Below are positions 45,327-55,298 of a stretch of DNA of 64,000 nt, one piece after another. Positions within the stretch are counted from its first letter, which is position 1, and every line of letters starts with the position of its first letter. Source of the DNA: Candidatus Saccharimonadia bacterium (GTDB lineage Bacteria > Patescibacteriota > Saccharimonadia > UBA4664); contig DATKIP010000076.1 in the NCBI GenBank assembly GCA_035544015.1, positions 299 to 64,298 of the forward strand, given 5' to 3'. A program made the translations under genes and the position numbers. The notes under the pieces are model-generated. The model did not search any database. It saw only the letters and a program-made list of their open reading frames with translations, and was not told where the DNA came from.

Positions 45327-46181
45327 ATGATCACCATCTTTCAAGCCATCGTCCTCGGCCTGCTCCAAGGTGCCTCCGAACTCTTCCCCGTCTCGAGCCT
45401 CGGCCACAGTGTAGTGCTGCCGCAGCTGCTCGGCTGGAACATTCGCCCGAGTGACAACGCCTTTATCGTATTTCTGGTAGCCACCCATGTGGCCACCGCG
45501 CTCGTGCTCATCGGATTCTACTGGCGGACCTGGCTGGGCGTGGTGCGGGGCCTGCTGCGGTCGGTGCGCCAGCGCGCAATCCGCGCCGACGACGCCGAGG
45601 CCAAGCTGGGCTGGCTGCTCATCGTGGGCACGCTGCCGGCTGGCCTGCTCGGCTTGCTGTTTGAGCGCCAAATCCGCGACACTTTCGTGAGCGCTCGATC
45701 AGCGGCGCTGTTTCTGATGCTCAATGGCCTCCTGTTGCTCGGCGCCGAATACCTCCGCCGCCGCGCCCACTCCAGCGACAGCCGCCGCCCCGCCGACGAG
45801 CGCATCGCCCGCGTCGGCGGGGGACAGGCGCTCGCGGTGGGGGCTTCGCAGGCGTTGGCGCTCATCCCGGGTCTGTCGCGCTCCGGCGCCACCATGGGCG
45901 GCGGTTTGCTCGCGGGCTTGTCGCACGAAGACGCCGCCCGCTTCGCTTTTTTGCTCGCCACGCCCATCATTTTGGCGGCGGGCGTCCTCAAATTGCCCGC
46001 CCTGGCGCGGCCCGAAAACCATGCCCTGCTCGGCCCGGCACTCGTGGGTGGCCTCTGCGCCGCACTCTCGGCCTACGCGACGGTTAAATTCCTCACGCGC
46101 TACTTCCACTCGGGCAGTCTGCGGCCATTTGGCATCTATTGCCTCGCCGCCGGCCTGCTCGCCACCCTCGCCTTTTTGTAA
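45327..46181 (+). CDS. uppP: undecaprenyl-diphosphatase UppP (BacA)
   Basis: MITIFQAIVLGLLQGASELFPVSSLGHS is the canonical BacA N-terminus. A second conserved region reads GLSRSGATM. Confidence 0.9.
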   Translation: MITIFQAIVLGLLQGASELFPVSSLGHSVVLPQLLGWNIRPSDNAFIVFLVATHVATALVLIGFYWRTWLGVVRGLLRSVRQRAIRADDAEAKLGWLLIVGTLPAGLLGLLFERQIRDTFVSARSAALFLMLNGLLLLGAEYLRRRAHSSDSRRPADERIARVGGGQALAVGASQALALIPGLSRSGATMGGGLLAGLSHEDAARFAFLLATPIILAAGVLKLPALARPENHALLGPALVGGLCAALSAYATVKFLTRYFHSGSLRPFGIYCLAAGLLATLAFL

Positions 46182-46246
46182 TTCTGCCCAAGGCCACTCG
46201 TCCTCGATTTGGCATAATAGCTCTAGCCAATAAAGGAGATAAACTC

Positions 46247-46402
46247 ATGGCCAAATATAGCCCTGCAGCCTCAAGAGAGATCGAGAAAACGATGCACGAG
46301 CACAAACATGAAGGCAAATTTTCCAGCGACAAGCAGGCTGTCGCCGTGGGCCTCAGCAAAGCGCGCCAAAAAGGCGCCAAAGTCCCGCGCAAGAAGCCTT
46401 AG
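46247..46402 (+). CDS. small basic protein (51 aa), hypothetical
   Basis: An AGGAG RBS sits 7 nt upstream of the ATG. The product is a Lys/His-rich peptide. Confidence 0.45.
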   Translation: MAKYSPAASREIEKTMHEHKHEGKFSSDKQAVAVGLSKARQKGAKVPRKKP

Positions 46403-47133
46403 CGGCTGCGACGCAACGTGGCCGCTCCCAGCAGCAACGCCCCCACGATAAACGCCGCAATCACTACCAGGTCGCGCACCAGGTCGTCGGTCCAACCGCT
46501 ATAATTCGTAATCTGCTTCATGGCGTCCACCAAATACGTCAGCGGCATCACGTTGGCAAACCACTGGAGCGGCTCACCCATGGCATCACGCGCCACAAAC
46601 AGGCCACAGGTGAGCAGCTGTGGCAGCACAAACGCGGGCAAAAATTGCACCGCCTGGAATTCACTTCGTGCAAACGCGCTCAAAAACAGTCCCAGCGACA
46701 TACCCAATACCCCCGCCAGCACCGCCACGAGCAACAGCCGGCCGGCCCCGCCCTGCACCGTTACGTCCAGCCATCCCAGCGTTACCGAGCTCACGAGCAC
46801 GCCTTGCACAATGGTAAGTCCCGCGAACGCCAGCGCATAACCCAGCAGCAAATCCAGCTTGGCAATCGGCAGCGTCAGCAGCCGCTCCAGCGTGCCGGCC
46901 GTGCGTTCGCGCAAGGTGGCCACCGATGTCACCACAAACATCACGGTAAACGGGAACACTCCCAGCACCATCGGCGCCAGATGCGAGAACGTGGTGGTAG
47001 CGTCATTAAACACATACCGCATCACGAGCATCAGCATCGTGGGCACGAGCAGCATCAGGGCAATGGTGCGGTGATCATGGCGCAACTGCCGCAGCACCCG
47101 CGCAGCAGTGGCAAACGTGCGGCGGGGGCTCAC
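46399..47133 (-). CDS. ABC-2 type transporter permease
   Basis: Six TM segments with ABC-2 topology. It overlaps the upstream ATPase gene. Confidence 0.8.
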   Translation of the reverse strand: MSPRRTFATAARVLRQLRHDHRTIALMLLVPTMLMLVMRYVFNDATTTFSHLAPMVLGVFPFTVMFVVTSVATLRERTAGTLERLLTLPIAKLDLLLGYALAFAGLTIVQGVLVSSVTLGWLDVTVQGGAGRLLLVAVLAGVLGMSLGLFLSAFARSEFQAVQFLPAFVLPQLLTCGLFVARDAMGEPLQWFANVMPLTYLVDAMKQITNYSGWTDDLVRDLVVIAAFIVGALLLGAATLRRSR

Positions 47134-47840
47134 GACGCCGCTCCCACGAGCCGCAAAAACGCCGCTTCCATGTCGTGCGTGTCGGTTTGGCCCATCAACT
47201 GGGCCGGCGTACCCGTAGCCAGCACAGCACCTTCACGCAGGAGTACGAGGTTATCGCATCGCCTGGCTTCGTCCATGACATGGCTCGATACCAACAGCGT
47301 CACGCCGGCGCGCGCCAGCTCATGAAATTGCTCCCACAGCTCCTGGCGCAGCACGGGGTCGAGTCCCACAGTGGGCTCGTCGAGCACCAACACCTTGGGA
47401 GAGCCCAGCAATGCCACCGCCAGCGACACCCGCGCGCGCTGCCCGCCACTCAATCGCCCCACCAGTTGAGTAGACTGTGCCTCCAGCCGCACCCGGGTCG
47501 TCACCTCGCGCACTCGCGCCCCACCTGCGCCCACCATGGCGCCAAAGTAGCGCAGGTTTTCGTGCACGGTCAGATCCGGATACACCGCCGGCGCTTGCGT
47601 CACGTAGCCCACGAGCGGCCGCAGCTGGGCCGCCCCCGCCGATAGGCCGAGCACTCGCGACGCCCCGCTGCCCGGCCGCTGCAAGCCCACGAGCACGCGC
47701 ATCAGCGTGGTCTTGCCCGCCCCCGATGGCCCCAGCAGACCAGTGACCTTCGCTTCCGGTATCGCCACCGAAACGTCGCGCAATACCACATCGTGTTCCA
47801 ATTTCACCGTCACATGGTCAAATTCAACAGCCGCTTTCAT
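47130..47840 (-). CDS. ABC transporter ATP-binding protein
   Basis: Walker A GPSGAGKTT, signature LSGGQRARV, Walker B VLVLDEPT. Confidence 0.9.
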   Translation of the reverse strand: MKAAVEFDHVTVKLEHDVVLRDVSVAIPEAKVTGLLGPSGAGKTTLMRVLVGLQRPGSGASRVLGLSAGAAQLRPLVGYVTQAPAVYPDLTVHENLRYFGAMVGAGGARVREVTTRVRLEAQSTQLVGRLSGGQRARVSLAVALLGSPKVLVLDEPTVGLDPVLRQELWEQFHELARAGVTLLVSSHVMDEARRCDNLVLLREGAVLATGTPAQLMGQTDTHDMEAAFLRLVGAAS

Positions 47841-47903
47841 GTTCCCATAGTACTCCCGCTACGAGGTTCTGCCGAATCTCGGCGACCGGTGTATCATGAG
47901 GCA

Positions 47904-48449
47904 ATGCCGCACATCCACACCCAGCCCGGACATCACGACCTCACCACCTCGGCCTTCATCATCCGCACCGACGGCCCCGAACCTACGGTGGTGTTGCACG
48001 TCCACCGCAAACGGCCCAAATTATTCCAATTTGGTGGCCACGTTGAATTAGACGAAAACCCCTGGCAAGCGCTCGTGCGCGAACTCCAGGAAGAATCCGG
48101 CTACGACATCGCGCAATTGACGGTGCTGCAGCCGCCGGGCTCGTTTCGTGAGCGTTTTTCCGGCACTGCCAACCACCCCCTGCCGTTTTATTTCAACACC
48201 CATCACGCCGAAAACCCCGATCACCTTCACTACCACTCCGACCTCAGCCACGCCATGTTGGCCGCCGGGGAGCCGGCGCATCCCATCGACCCGCGCGAAT
48301 CCCAGGCCATCCACCGCTTCACCGCCGCCGACGTGCGCGCGCTGCCGACCACCGACATTTTCGACCAAACCCGCACCAATGCGCTCTATATTCTCGAGCA
48401 TCTCATGCACCACTGGGAAGCGGTGCCTGCCAGTCGGTGGCCCGTCTGA
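47904..48449 (+). CDS. NUDIX hydrolase (third paralogue)
   Basis: Nudix box GGHVELDENPWQALVRELQEESGY. The start was reassigned to MPHIHTQPG. Confidence 0.8.
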   Translation: MPHIHTQPGHHDLTTSAFIIRTDGPEPTVVLHVHRKRPKLFQFGGHVELDENPWQALVRELQEESGYDIAQLTVLQPPGSFRERFSGTANHPLPFYFNTHHAENPDHLHYHSDLSHAMLAAGEPAHPIDPRESQAIHRFTAADVRALPTTDIFDQTRTNALYILEHLMHHWEAVPASRWPV

Positions 48450-48461
48450 TACAGTAGAATC

Positions 48462-49805
48462 ATGAAGATTGTTTGGCGCTGGATCGCCTATAGCCTGCTG
48501 GCCGCTCATTTTGCCGTGGTCCTCACCATTTGGCTCACCACCTCGCTCGAGCTGTTTCGCGCCGGCGCCGGCAGCACGCTGCTTTCCCTGGCACAGCTCG
48601 CCGGCCTGCTCGCGGCCGCCTGCGCGCTGCTGCAATTCATGCTCATGGGCCGCTCGCCGTGGATCGAGCGAGCCTTTGGCCTCGAACGCATCGCCAAGCT
48701 CCATCGCCTCAACGGCTATGCCACCATCAGCCTCATCCTCACCCACACCACGCTCGTCACGCTCGGCTACGCAGCGCTCACCGGCAGCGGCCTCATTCCC
48801 CAATTCACCACCTTCCTTACCAAATTCAACGACGTTATCTACGCCTTTATCGCCGAGCTACTATTCCTCACCATAGTTGGCAGTTCCATCTACATCGTCC
48901 GGCGCCGGCTGCCCTACGAGCGCTGGTATTGGGTGCATCTCATGGTGTATCTGGCCATCGTTCTGGCGTTTTTCCACCAAACCAAAGTGGGCGGCAGCTT
49001 CCTCAGCCAGCCGGCCTACATCGTCTACTGGTACGCGCTCTACGGCTTCGTGGCGCTCAACGTGTTCACCGGCCGGTTGTTCCTGCCCGCCTACAACTAC
49101 TGGCGTTTTCGCTTTGCCATCGATGAAATCGTGCCTGAAACCGCCGATACAGTTTCAATTTACATCCACGGCCGTGGCCTCGAACGATTTCGGGCTCGGC
49201 CGGGGCAGTTTGTCATAATTTGGCTACCCCAAGCCAAATTATGGCTAGAAGAACATCCTTTTTCGCTCTCCGGTCTGCCGCATGACGGCCGCCTGCGTCT
49301 CACCGTCAAAGCCGTCGGTGATTACACCTCTCGGCTGCCAAAATTGCTCAAATCCGGCGCACCGGTCGTAATTGCCGGTCCGTACGGCCAATTTACCCCC
49401 GCGCCCACTGCCCGCCCCCGCCGGCTCTATCTCGCTGGAGGTGTCGGCATCACGCCGCTGCGTACCCTGCTCGAGGCGCAGACGCCGGAGCAGGAGAGCG
49501 TGCTCATCTACGGCAACAAAACTCCGGCCGACACCATATTTGCAGATGAGCTCGCTCAGCTAGCCACCCGTATAAAGCTTCGAATTCACCACGTATACTC
49601 CGAAGCTCCCACCTACGCCGGCGAAACCGGCCGCATCGACACCGCCCGCATCGAGCGGCTGGTGCCCGATTTCCGCGACCGCGAGGTCTACCTGTGCGGC
49701 CCGCCGCCCATGATGGCCGGTCTCGCCAAAGGCCTCATCGCCGCCGGCCTAGCGCCCGCTCGTCTCCACTACGAACGTTTTGCGCTCCACCCCGTTTCGA
49801 GTTGA
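48462..49805 (+). CDS. ferric-reductase-like transmembrane oxidoreductase with a C-terminal FAD/NAD(P)-binding (FNR-like) domain
   Basis: Six TM segments with paired His (WYWVHLMVYLAIVLAFFH). FAD motif RPGQFVIIW. NAD motif LYLAGGVGITPL. Confidence 0.8.
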   Translation: MKIVWRWIAYSLLAAHFAVVLTIWLTTSLELFRAGAGSTLLSLAQLAGLLAAACALLQFMLMGRSPWIERAFGLERIAKLHRLNGYATISLILTHTTLVTLGYAALTGSGLIPQFTTFLTKFNDVIYAFIAELLFLTIVGSSIYIVRRRLPYERWYWVHLMVYLAIVLAFFHQTKVGGSFLSQPAYIVYWYALYGFVALNVFTGRLFLPAYNYWRFRFAIDEIVPETADTVSIYIHGRGLERFRARPGQFVIIWLPQAKLWLEEHPFSLSGLPHDGRLRLTVKAVGDYTSRLPKLLKSGAPVVIAGPYGQFTPAPTARPRRLYLAGGVGITPLRTLLEAQTPEQESVLIYGNKTPADTIFADELAQLATRIKLRIHHVYSEAPTYAGETGRIDTARIERLVPDFRDREVYLCGPPPMMAGLAKGLIAAGLAPARLHYERFALHPVSS

Positions 49806-50344
49806 GCCGCTCGTAGTCGCGCGATCATCAGAGCCGTCCCCATGTATGCTGGTACCAGCACGAGGTTGCCCACGAGCATGGTGCGGTAAAATGGCAAACC
49901 GGCCACGTAGCACTCCGTGAGCCCCGCCCACGTCTTAGCGTAAAGCGTCCCGTCACCCAGCAGCCACACTCCAAAGTTGGTCCAAACGAAGAAAAACACC
50001 GATCCACCGACCGCCATGCCGACCGACGCCGCCAGCAGCCGCGCCGGTCGGCCCGTGAACCGTCGCAGTACGAGCCCGGCCAGCCCGATCAGCGCAAACG
50101 CCGACCACGTAAACAGCAAAATATTCGAATTACCAATCAAAATATCGCTGACCGCCATGATCGCCAGCGGCACCACGACCGCCGTTCGGCGCCCCAAAAA
50201 CGCCGCTGCCACCAGCGCCGAAGCCGTCACAATCTCCAAATTCGGCGCGATCGAATACTGCCAATTCACCAGCCGCCACACCACTGCCGTCGCAATAAGC
50301 CCCGCCGCCACCAACCAAGTTGCCGAAAATCTCTTCATAGCCAC
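49769..50344 (-). CDS. hypothetical six-TM membrane protein, possibly a vitamin or corrinoid substrate-binding (S) component
   Basis: Hydrophobic profile only. It is adjacent to and co-oriented with the adenosyltransferase gene. Confidence 0.4.
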   Translation of the reverse strand: MAMKRFSATWLVAAGLIATAVVWRLVNWQYSIAPNLEIVTASALVAAAFLGRRTAVVVPLAIMAVSDILIGNSNILLFTWSAFALIGLAGLVLRRFTGRPARLLAASVGMAVGGSVFFFVWTNFGVWLLGDGTLYAKTWAGLTECYVAGLPFYRTMLVGNLVLVPAYMGTALMIARLRAAQLETGWSAKRS

Positions 50345-50365
50345 CCCTTTACAAGTTTCCCCATT

Positions 50366-50923
50366 TTAGTAATCTATCGACTTTTTAGCAATGATTCCCG
50401 AATCATAGGGGTGTTTAATCTTAACCATTTCCGTAATGAGGTCCGCCCGCTCGAGCAATTCCGGCAGCTCTTTGCCGCGGTGGCCGGTGAGCACCAGATC
50501 CAGATCGCGCGGTTTGCTATCTACCAGCTCCAGCACCGGCGCGAGCTCAAGCAGCCCGCCGACCACCGAGCCGATGATTTCATCGAGCACCACCACGTCG
50601 TACTCGCCGGAGGCCACTTTGACGCTCGCCAGAGCCAGCGCCTCCTGGGCCGCCTCCACATGCTCATCCGGCGGCAGATTATCGCCCAGAATCTGATAAA
50701 ACCCCTTGCCCGCCTGCAAAAACTCCACATTCGGCAGCGCGTCAAACCCACCCTTTTCGCCCGTAAACCACGTCTTCACAAACTGGATCACGAGCACCCG
50801 CTTGCCATACCCCGCCGCCCGCAGCGCCAGCCCCATCGCGGCCGTCGTCTTGCCCTTGCCGTCGCCGGTGTACACAATCACCAAGCCGTGATCCGCTTCG
50901 CGCAGTTCTTGGTTTTCCATCAC
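50366..50923 (-). CDS. cobO: ATP:cob(I)alamin adenosyltransferase, CobA/CobO/BtuR family
   Basis: GLVIVYTGDGKGKTTAAMGLALRAAGYGKRVLVIQFVK is a P-loop with the CobO signature. Confidence 0.85.
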   Translation of the reverse strand: MMENQELREADHGLVIVYTGDGKGKTTAAMGLALRAAGYGKRVLVIQFVKTWFTGEKGGFDALPNVEFLQAGKGFYQILGDNLPPDEHVEAAQEALALASVKVASGEYDVVVLDEIIGSVVGGLLELAPVLELVDSKPRDLDLVLTGHRGKELPELLERADLITEMVKIKHPYDSGIIAKKSIDY

Positions 50924-51011
50924 GCTCCTTAATTGATTATTAATCTAAAATATGATATAAAAACCTCGTTTGTAACCACCTCGCCCAACCATCGAGCGAA
51001 AGCGGGTTGAT

Positions 51012-51362
51012 GTGCCTTCAAACAGTGCCCCTCGTTATGTCACCAGCCGGCAAATGAACCGCATCAAGCGCAATGAGAGGTTAGCGGTAGCGGCCCTGCT
51101 GGCGTGTCTAGCAGGAGTAGGAGCCTTAGCGATCGTGGGCAGCCGTACCTCAATCGTCCAAGAGGGCTCGATCGATGGCTGGTGGAGCACGCCGGATCAA
51201 GGCACGTGCAGATTCCACCTGGTTCCTGACGTTGGCCCTGGGGCGAAGCACTGGTCCGACGCCCAACGTGGGGACATCTGCCAAGGTGGCCAGCCGCACT
51301 CCTACATTATTCGCAAGGATGCCAACGGCGTCCTCAAGCTCGAAGTAGCCGACCGCCGCTAG
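51012..51362 (+). CDS. hypothetical membrane-anchored protein
   Basis: N-terminal TM and a Cys-containing C-terminal domain. Confidence 0.45.
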   Translation: MPSNSAPRYVTSRQMNRIKRNERLAVAALLACLAGVGALAIVGSRTSIVQEGSIDGWWSTPDQGTCRFHLVPDVGPGAKHWSDAQRGDICQGGQPHSYIIRKDANGVLKLEVADRR

Positions 51363-51593
51363 CCGGCCCCAAAGACGGAGCCTGGTTGCACCGGACAGTC
51401 AGGCTCAGCGCGATCTAGATCACTAGGTCGCGTTTAGCTTTTTAGAGAGTGAAAGAGCAGCTAGCGCGTAGAGCGGAGGGAAAACTCTCCGACAGGCGAG
51501 TGTCGGTTCTGATATCGGATCTCGCGAAGAGACGGATAGCGTTCGTTCGCCCGAGGGGAGTTTCCCCGCAGCTAAAAACTCAGCGGAAGGATC

Positions 51594-54275
51594 TTAGCAC
51601 TTACTAAACCCGCAAATCTCACACTTCTGGCAGCCCTCAATGAACCGCAGGCTCGCATTGCCGCACTCCGGGCACAGATCGGTCTGGGCCTTGGCGCCCA
51701 GGTTGACGCTCGCCGCCACGGCCGTGCTGGCCGGCGCCGCTACCGCAGCCGGTCCCATCGGCGCGTCGGCTACGTTGGCGCTGCTAGCCGCCGTGCTGTC
51801 GGCTACTCCCGCTCCTGCGACCACCGCGGCCTGCTCGCCGGCCTTCGTTGACTCGTGCTCGCGCAGCACCTTGGCCACCGCGTCAGCCAGCGAGCGCACC
51901 CGCTGCGGGCCAAATCCGGCCGCCCCCGAGCCGCCGATACCGTTGAGCTGCTCCACCACATTTTGCGCAATGCGATCACTCGAGTACACGCTGGGGATTC
52001 TGAAGGCCAGCGAAATGAGGCGGCCCATCGCCTCGGCGTCGGCCATGATGTCTGATCCCGCCCGGCCCAAGTTCACGAATACCTCGAAAATGTTGCCTTC
52101 ATCGTCCTCGTTGATCGAGATGAAAGCCGTACCGATCGGCGTGGCCACTTTGTAGGTGTGCCCCGCCAATACTCCTGGCCGCGGTTTCATTTCTACCGGC
52201 ACGCCCACCAGTGCCGCTTCGCCGGCCGCCAGCTTCTTGCCGGCCAGCTGGTCGTAGTACGAACCATCCTTCTTCACCTCCAAGATTTGCTTTTGGCGGC
52301 TCCCGTCGCGGTAAATCGTGATGCCCTTGCAGCCCGACTCGTACGCCATCCAGTAAGCATCGCGCACGTCTTGCACCGTGGCTTCGTTGTTGAAGTTAAT
52401 CGTCTTGGAAATGGCGTTGTCGGTGTATTTCTGGAAGGCCGCTTGAGCCTTCAGGTGCCACTCCGGCGTAATGTCGCCGGCCACCACGAAGGTGCGCCGC
52501 AGGTCTTCCGGCAGCTCGTCCATATTCTGGATCGATCCGCCGTTGGCCTGAATCTTCTCGAGCAACTCCTCCGAATACAACCCGCGCTCTTCCAGTGCGC
52601 GCACAAAATACGGGCTGCTCTGGAACATGCGCTTGCCCTCAATGGTGTTCTTGGAGTAGGTGAGCGCAAACAACGGCTCACACCCGCTCGAGCAGTCGGC
52701 CAGCATGGCTGTGGTGCCCGTGGGCGCGATGGTGGTGCGGGCGCCGTTGCGGGGGCGAATCTCGCCAGCCTTGTCGTAGATGGAGCCCTTAAAGGCCGGG
52801 AATACGCCGCGCACCCGCGCCAGGTCGATTGAAGCATTGTCAGATTCAGCCTGCACAAATTTCATCACGCGCTCGGCGGCTGCGTTGCCTTCGGGCGTGT
52901 TGTAGCCAATGTTCATCTGGAGCAGCGCGTCGGCGTAACCCATGATGCCCAGGCCAATCCGGCGGATGGCGCGCGTGGTGATGCGCACCGCCTCGATCGG
53001 GTACTCATTCATGTCGAGCACGTCATCGAGGAAGCGCGTGCCATTGTGCACCACGGCCCGCAGGCGCTCCCAGTCAAAATCATCGCCGGCCTCGTTCACG
53101 AATTTTGCCAGGTTGATTTGGCCCAGGGTGCAGGCGTCGTAGGGGAGCAGGGGCTGCTCGCCACACGGATTGGTGGCCTCAATCATCCCCAGCTGCGGCG
53201 TCGGGTTGGCACGCGAATTGTTGATGCGGTCGATCATGATCATCCCCGGGTCGCCGTACTGGTAAGCCAGGCGGGTGATGAGGTCGTACATTTTCTTGGC
53301 GTTGAGGCGGCCGGTTTCTTGCTTGGTGTGAGGATTTACCAGCGCGTAACCACGGTTCGGATCGCTCTCGTCGGCCCATTCGTGCAGTTTTTTCACCACC
53401 GCGTCTAGCCGCACCAGCTTCAGATCGAGGTCGCGGGTTTGGTGAGCTTCGCGCACCTCCTCCATGAGGCCCTCAAAGTCCAAAGCGTCTTCGTAATCGG
53501 CCGGCAGATGCTCTCCGTCACGCTTCACCGCCTCGTAAAACGCCTCGTCTACCGTCACCGAAATATTAAAGTTGGTCAGCGAAAACTCGTCCACTTTGTA
53601 GATCGCAAACAGCAAAATGTCCGGGTGATTGTAGTGCAAAATGCCCATGTTGGCCCCGCGCCGCACGCCGCCCTGGCGAATGCTAGAGGTCACGTCGTTG
53701 TAGGTCTGCATAAACGCCACCGGCCCAGTCGTGGTGCCGCCAGAGCTTTGGATGACGTCGCCCTTGGGGCGCAGCCGCGAAAAACTAAACCCAGTGCCGC
53801 CGCCGCTCTTGTGAATGCGCGCCATATCGGTGGCCGTATCCAGGATGCCGTTCAGGTCGTCGGGTACCGGCAGCACGAAGCAGGCCGAGAGCTGCTCATT
53901 GGGCTTGCCGGCGTTGAGCATCGTGGGCGTATTGGCTACGTACTCCTGGCGCGCCATCATGCCATAAAACACGCGGGCCACCTCGAGGTGCTGCTGGCGG
54001 GGATTCTCGCTGTAGAGTCGCTCGGCCGTGGCGATGTTGTAGCAAATCCGCCACAGCATTTGCCGCGGGCTCTCGATCGGCGTGCCGTCTTTATCGCGAA
54101 ACGCGTAGCGCGTGCGGCCAATGTACCAGGCGTTGTCCGAGTAATTTGGATCGGGCAGGTCCTCGGGCACCGGCGGTATTTCTTTGCCGATGGCGTACAG
54201 CTCTTCGAGGCGCTCTCGGTCTTCCGGCGTCTCGGCCTCGATGTTACTTGCTTTAATGGCTTGCGGCGTGCTCAT
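51594..54275 (-). CDS. nrdJ: ribonucleotide reductase, class II (adenosylcobalamin-dependent NrdJ-type) with a C-terminal zinc ribbon
   Basis: NPCGEQPLLPYDACTLGQINL active-site region. Ten-stranded barrel motifs. C-terminal CPECG...CQKCEICG. It is a single large chain with no beta subunit or glycyl radical domain, and a cobO gene is nearby. Confidence 0.8.
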   Translation of the reverse strand: MSTPQAIKASNIEAETPEDRERLEELYAIGKEIPPVPEDLPDPNYSDNAWYIGRTRYAFRDKDGTPIESPRQMLWRICYNIATAERLYSENPRQQHLEVARVFYGMMARQEYVANTPTMLNAGKPNEQLSACFVLPVPDDLNGILDTATDMARIHKSGGGTGFSFSRLRPKGDVIQSSGGTTTGPVAFMQTYNDVTSSIRQGGVRRGANMGILHYNHPDILLFAIYKVDEFSLTNFNISVTVDEAFYEAVKRDGEHLPADYEDALDFEGLMEEVREAHQTRDLDLKLVRLDAVVKKLHEWADESDPNRGYALVNPHTKQETGRLNAKKMYDLITRLAYQYGDPGMIMIDRINNSRANPTPQLGMIEATNPCGEQPLLPYDACTLGQINLAKFVNEAGDDFDWERLRAVVHNGTRFLDDVLDMNEYPIEAVRITTRAIRRIGLGIMGYADALLQMNIGYNTPEGNAAAERVMKFVQAESDNASIDLARVRGVFPAFKGSIYDKAGEIRPRNGARTTIAPTGTTAMLADCSSGCEPLFALTYSKNTIEGKRMFQSSPYFVRALEERGLYSEELLEKIQANGGSIQNMDELPEDLRRTFVVAGDITPEWHLKAQAAFQKYTDNAISKTINFNNEATVQDVRDAYWMAYESGCKGITIYRDGSRQKQILEVKKDGSYYDQLAGKKLAAGEAALVGVPVEMKPRPGVLAGHTYKVATPIGTAFISINEDDEGNIFEVFVNLGRAGSDIMADAEAMGRLISLAFRIPSVYSSDRIAQNVVEQLNGIGGSGAAGFGPQRVRSLADAVAKVLREHESTKAGEQAAVVAGAGVADSTAASSANVADAPMGPAAVAAPASTAVAASVNLGAKAQTDLCPECGNASLRFIEGCQKCEICGFSKC

Positions 54276-54326
54276 CGCATGTCCCCTAAAATCTTATTTG
54301 TTGTATTGATCGAACGCGTACCGCTC

Positions 54327-54785
54327 CTACTTTTTCCCATCATGGAGCAATTCTTTCACCTCGCTCTGGAATGAGCGCACGTCGGTGAAGTCGCGGTAGA
54401 CGCTGGCAAATCGGATGTACGCCACGTGGTCGAGCTGCTTAAGCCGTGGCATCACGAGCTCGCCGATGTCGTGGGCCTTTACTTCGCGCGTCTTGGCACT
54501 GCGAAGCTCGGCCTCCACTTCCTGCACAATCTGATCGACTTGCGCGCTCGTGACCGGCCGCTTGGCCGCCGCCAAGGTGATGCCGGTGCGGAGCTTGTCG
54601 GGATTGAACGATTCGCGCCGTCCGTCGTGCTTGGCCACCATGAGGTCCATCTGCTCCACCCGCTCATAGGTCGTGAAGCGCTGATGGCAGCCCAAGCACT
54701 CCCGGCGCCGCCGGGTGCTCACGGCGTCGGCTTCGCGCTTGTCGACCACTTTGGTGTCACAGCTGGCGCACATTGGGCAAACCAT
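54327..54785 (-). CDS. nrdR: transcriptional repressor NrdR
   Basis: N-terminal zinc ribbon (CPMCASCDTKV...CLGC) plus an ATP-cone (DGRRESFNPDKL...). Confidence 0.92.
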   Translation of the reverse strand: MVCPMCASCDTKVVDKREADAVSTRRRRECLGCHQRFTTYERVEQMDLMVAKHDGRRESFNPDKLRTGITLAAAKRPVTSAQVDQIVQEVEAELRSAKTREVKAHDIGELVMPRLKQLDHVAYIRFASVYRDFTDVRSFQSEVKELLHDGKK

Positions 54786-54875
54786 CGACACTCCCTTCCT
54801 GTCGGAATCACGCTCGCCATCGTCCCATGGCTTGCATCCTTCCGCCTACCTGCACATAATGATGTAGTTGCTGCA

Positions 54876-54891
54876 CCACAACGAGTTGTGT
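54876..54891. promoter_or_regulatory. candidate NrdR box (cCACAACgagTTGTGt palindrome) in the nrdR/trxA divergent promoter region
   Basis: Inverted repeat ACAAC-N4-GTTGT. It matches the outer arms of the acaCwAtATaTwGtgt consensus at 11 of 16 positions. Confidence 0.35.
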
Positions 54892-54977
54892 TACGTTAGC
54901 ATTATGGACGCTGTATGTTGTGTTCGTCAACAGAAAAGCGCAAGAACAATAAACGAAACCATCAAAGGAGCTCACCC

Positions 54978-55298
54978 ATGATTAAGACCGTTTCCGAATC
55001 CAACTTCCAAGCCGAAGTTGTCAAAAATGAGCGTCCGGTGCTGGTGGATTTGTGGGCGCCGTGGTGCGGTCCTTGCATTGCCATGGAGCCTGCCATCAAA
55101 GAGCTCGCCGCGGAGTTTGAAGGCAAAGTGGACGTCGCCAAACTCAACGTCGACGACAACCCCGCCATCGCCCAATCGCTCGACGTCATGAGTATCCCTA
55201 CGCTTATGCTCTTCAAGGGTGGCAAGCCCGTAGAGCGCATCGTCGGCCTCACTGCCAAAGACAAGCTCGCGGGGGTAATGTCGGCGGCCATCGCGTGA
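54978..55298 (+). CDS. trxA: thioredoxin
   Basis: WAPWCGPC active site. AGGAG RBS. Confidence 0.93.
   Translation: MIKTVSESNFQAEVVKNERPVLVDLWAPWCGPCIAMEPAIKELAAEFEGKVDVAKLNVDDNPAIAQSLDVMSIPTLMLFKGGKPVERIVGLTAKDKLAGVMSAAIA

Noticed and set aside
51363-51593. 230-bp convergent intergenic region with several hairpins, considered as a riboswitch or structured ncRNA
   Set aside because: It lies 3' of both flanking genes, so it is not a leader. The hairpins are most simply terminators for the two convergent transcripts. No conserved riboswitch core, such as the B12 box, was recognisable by eye.
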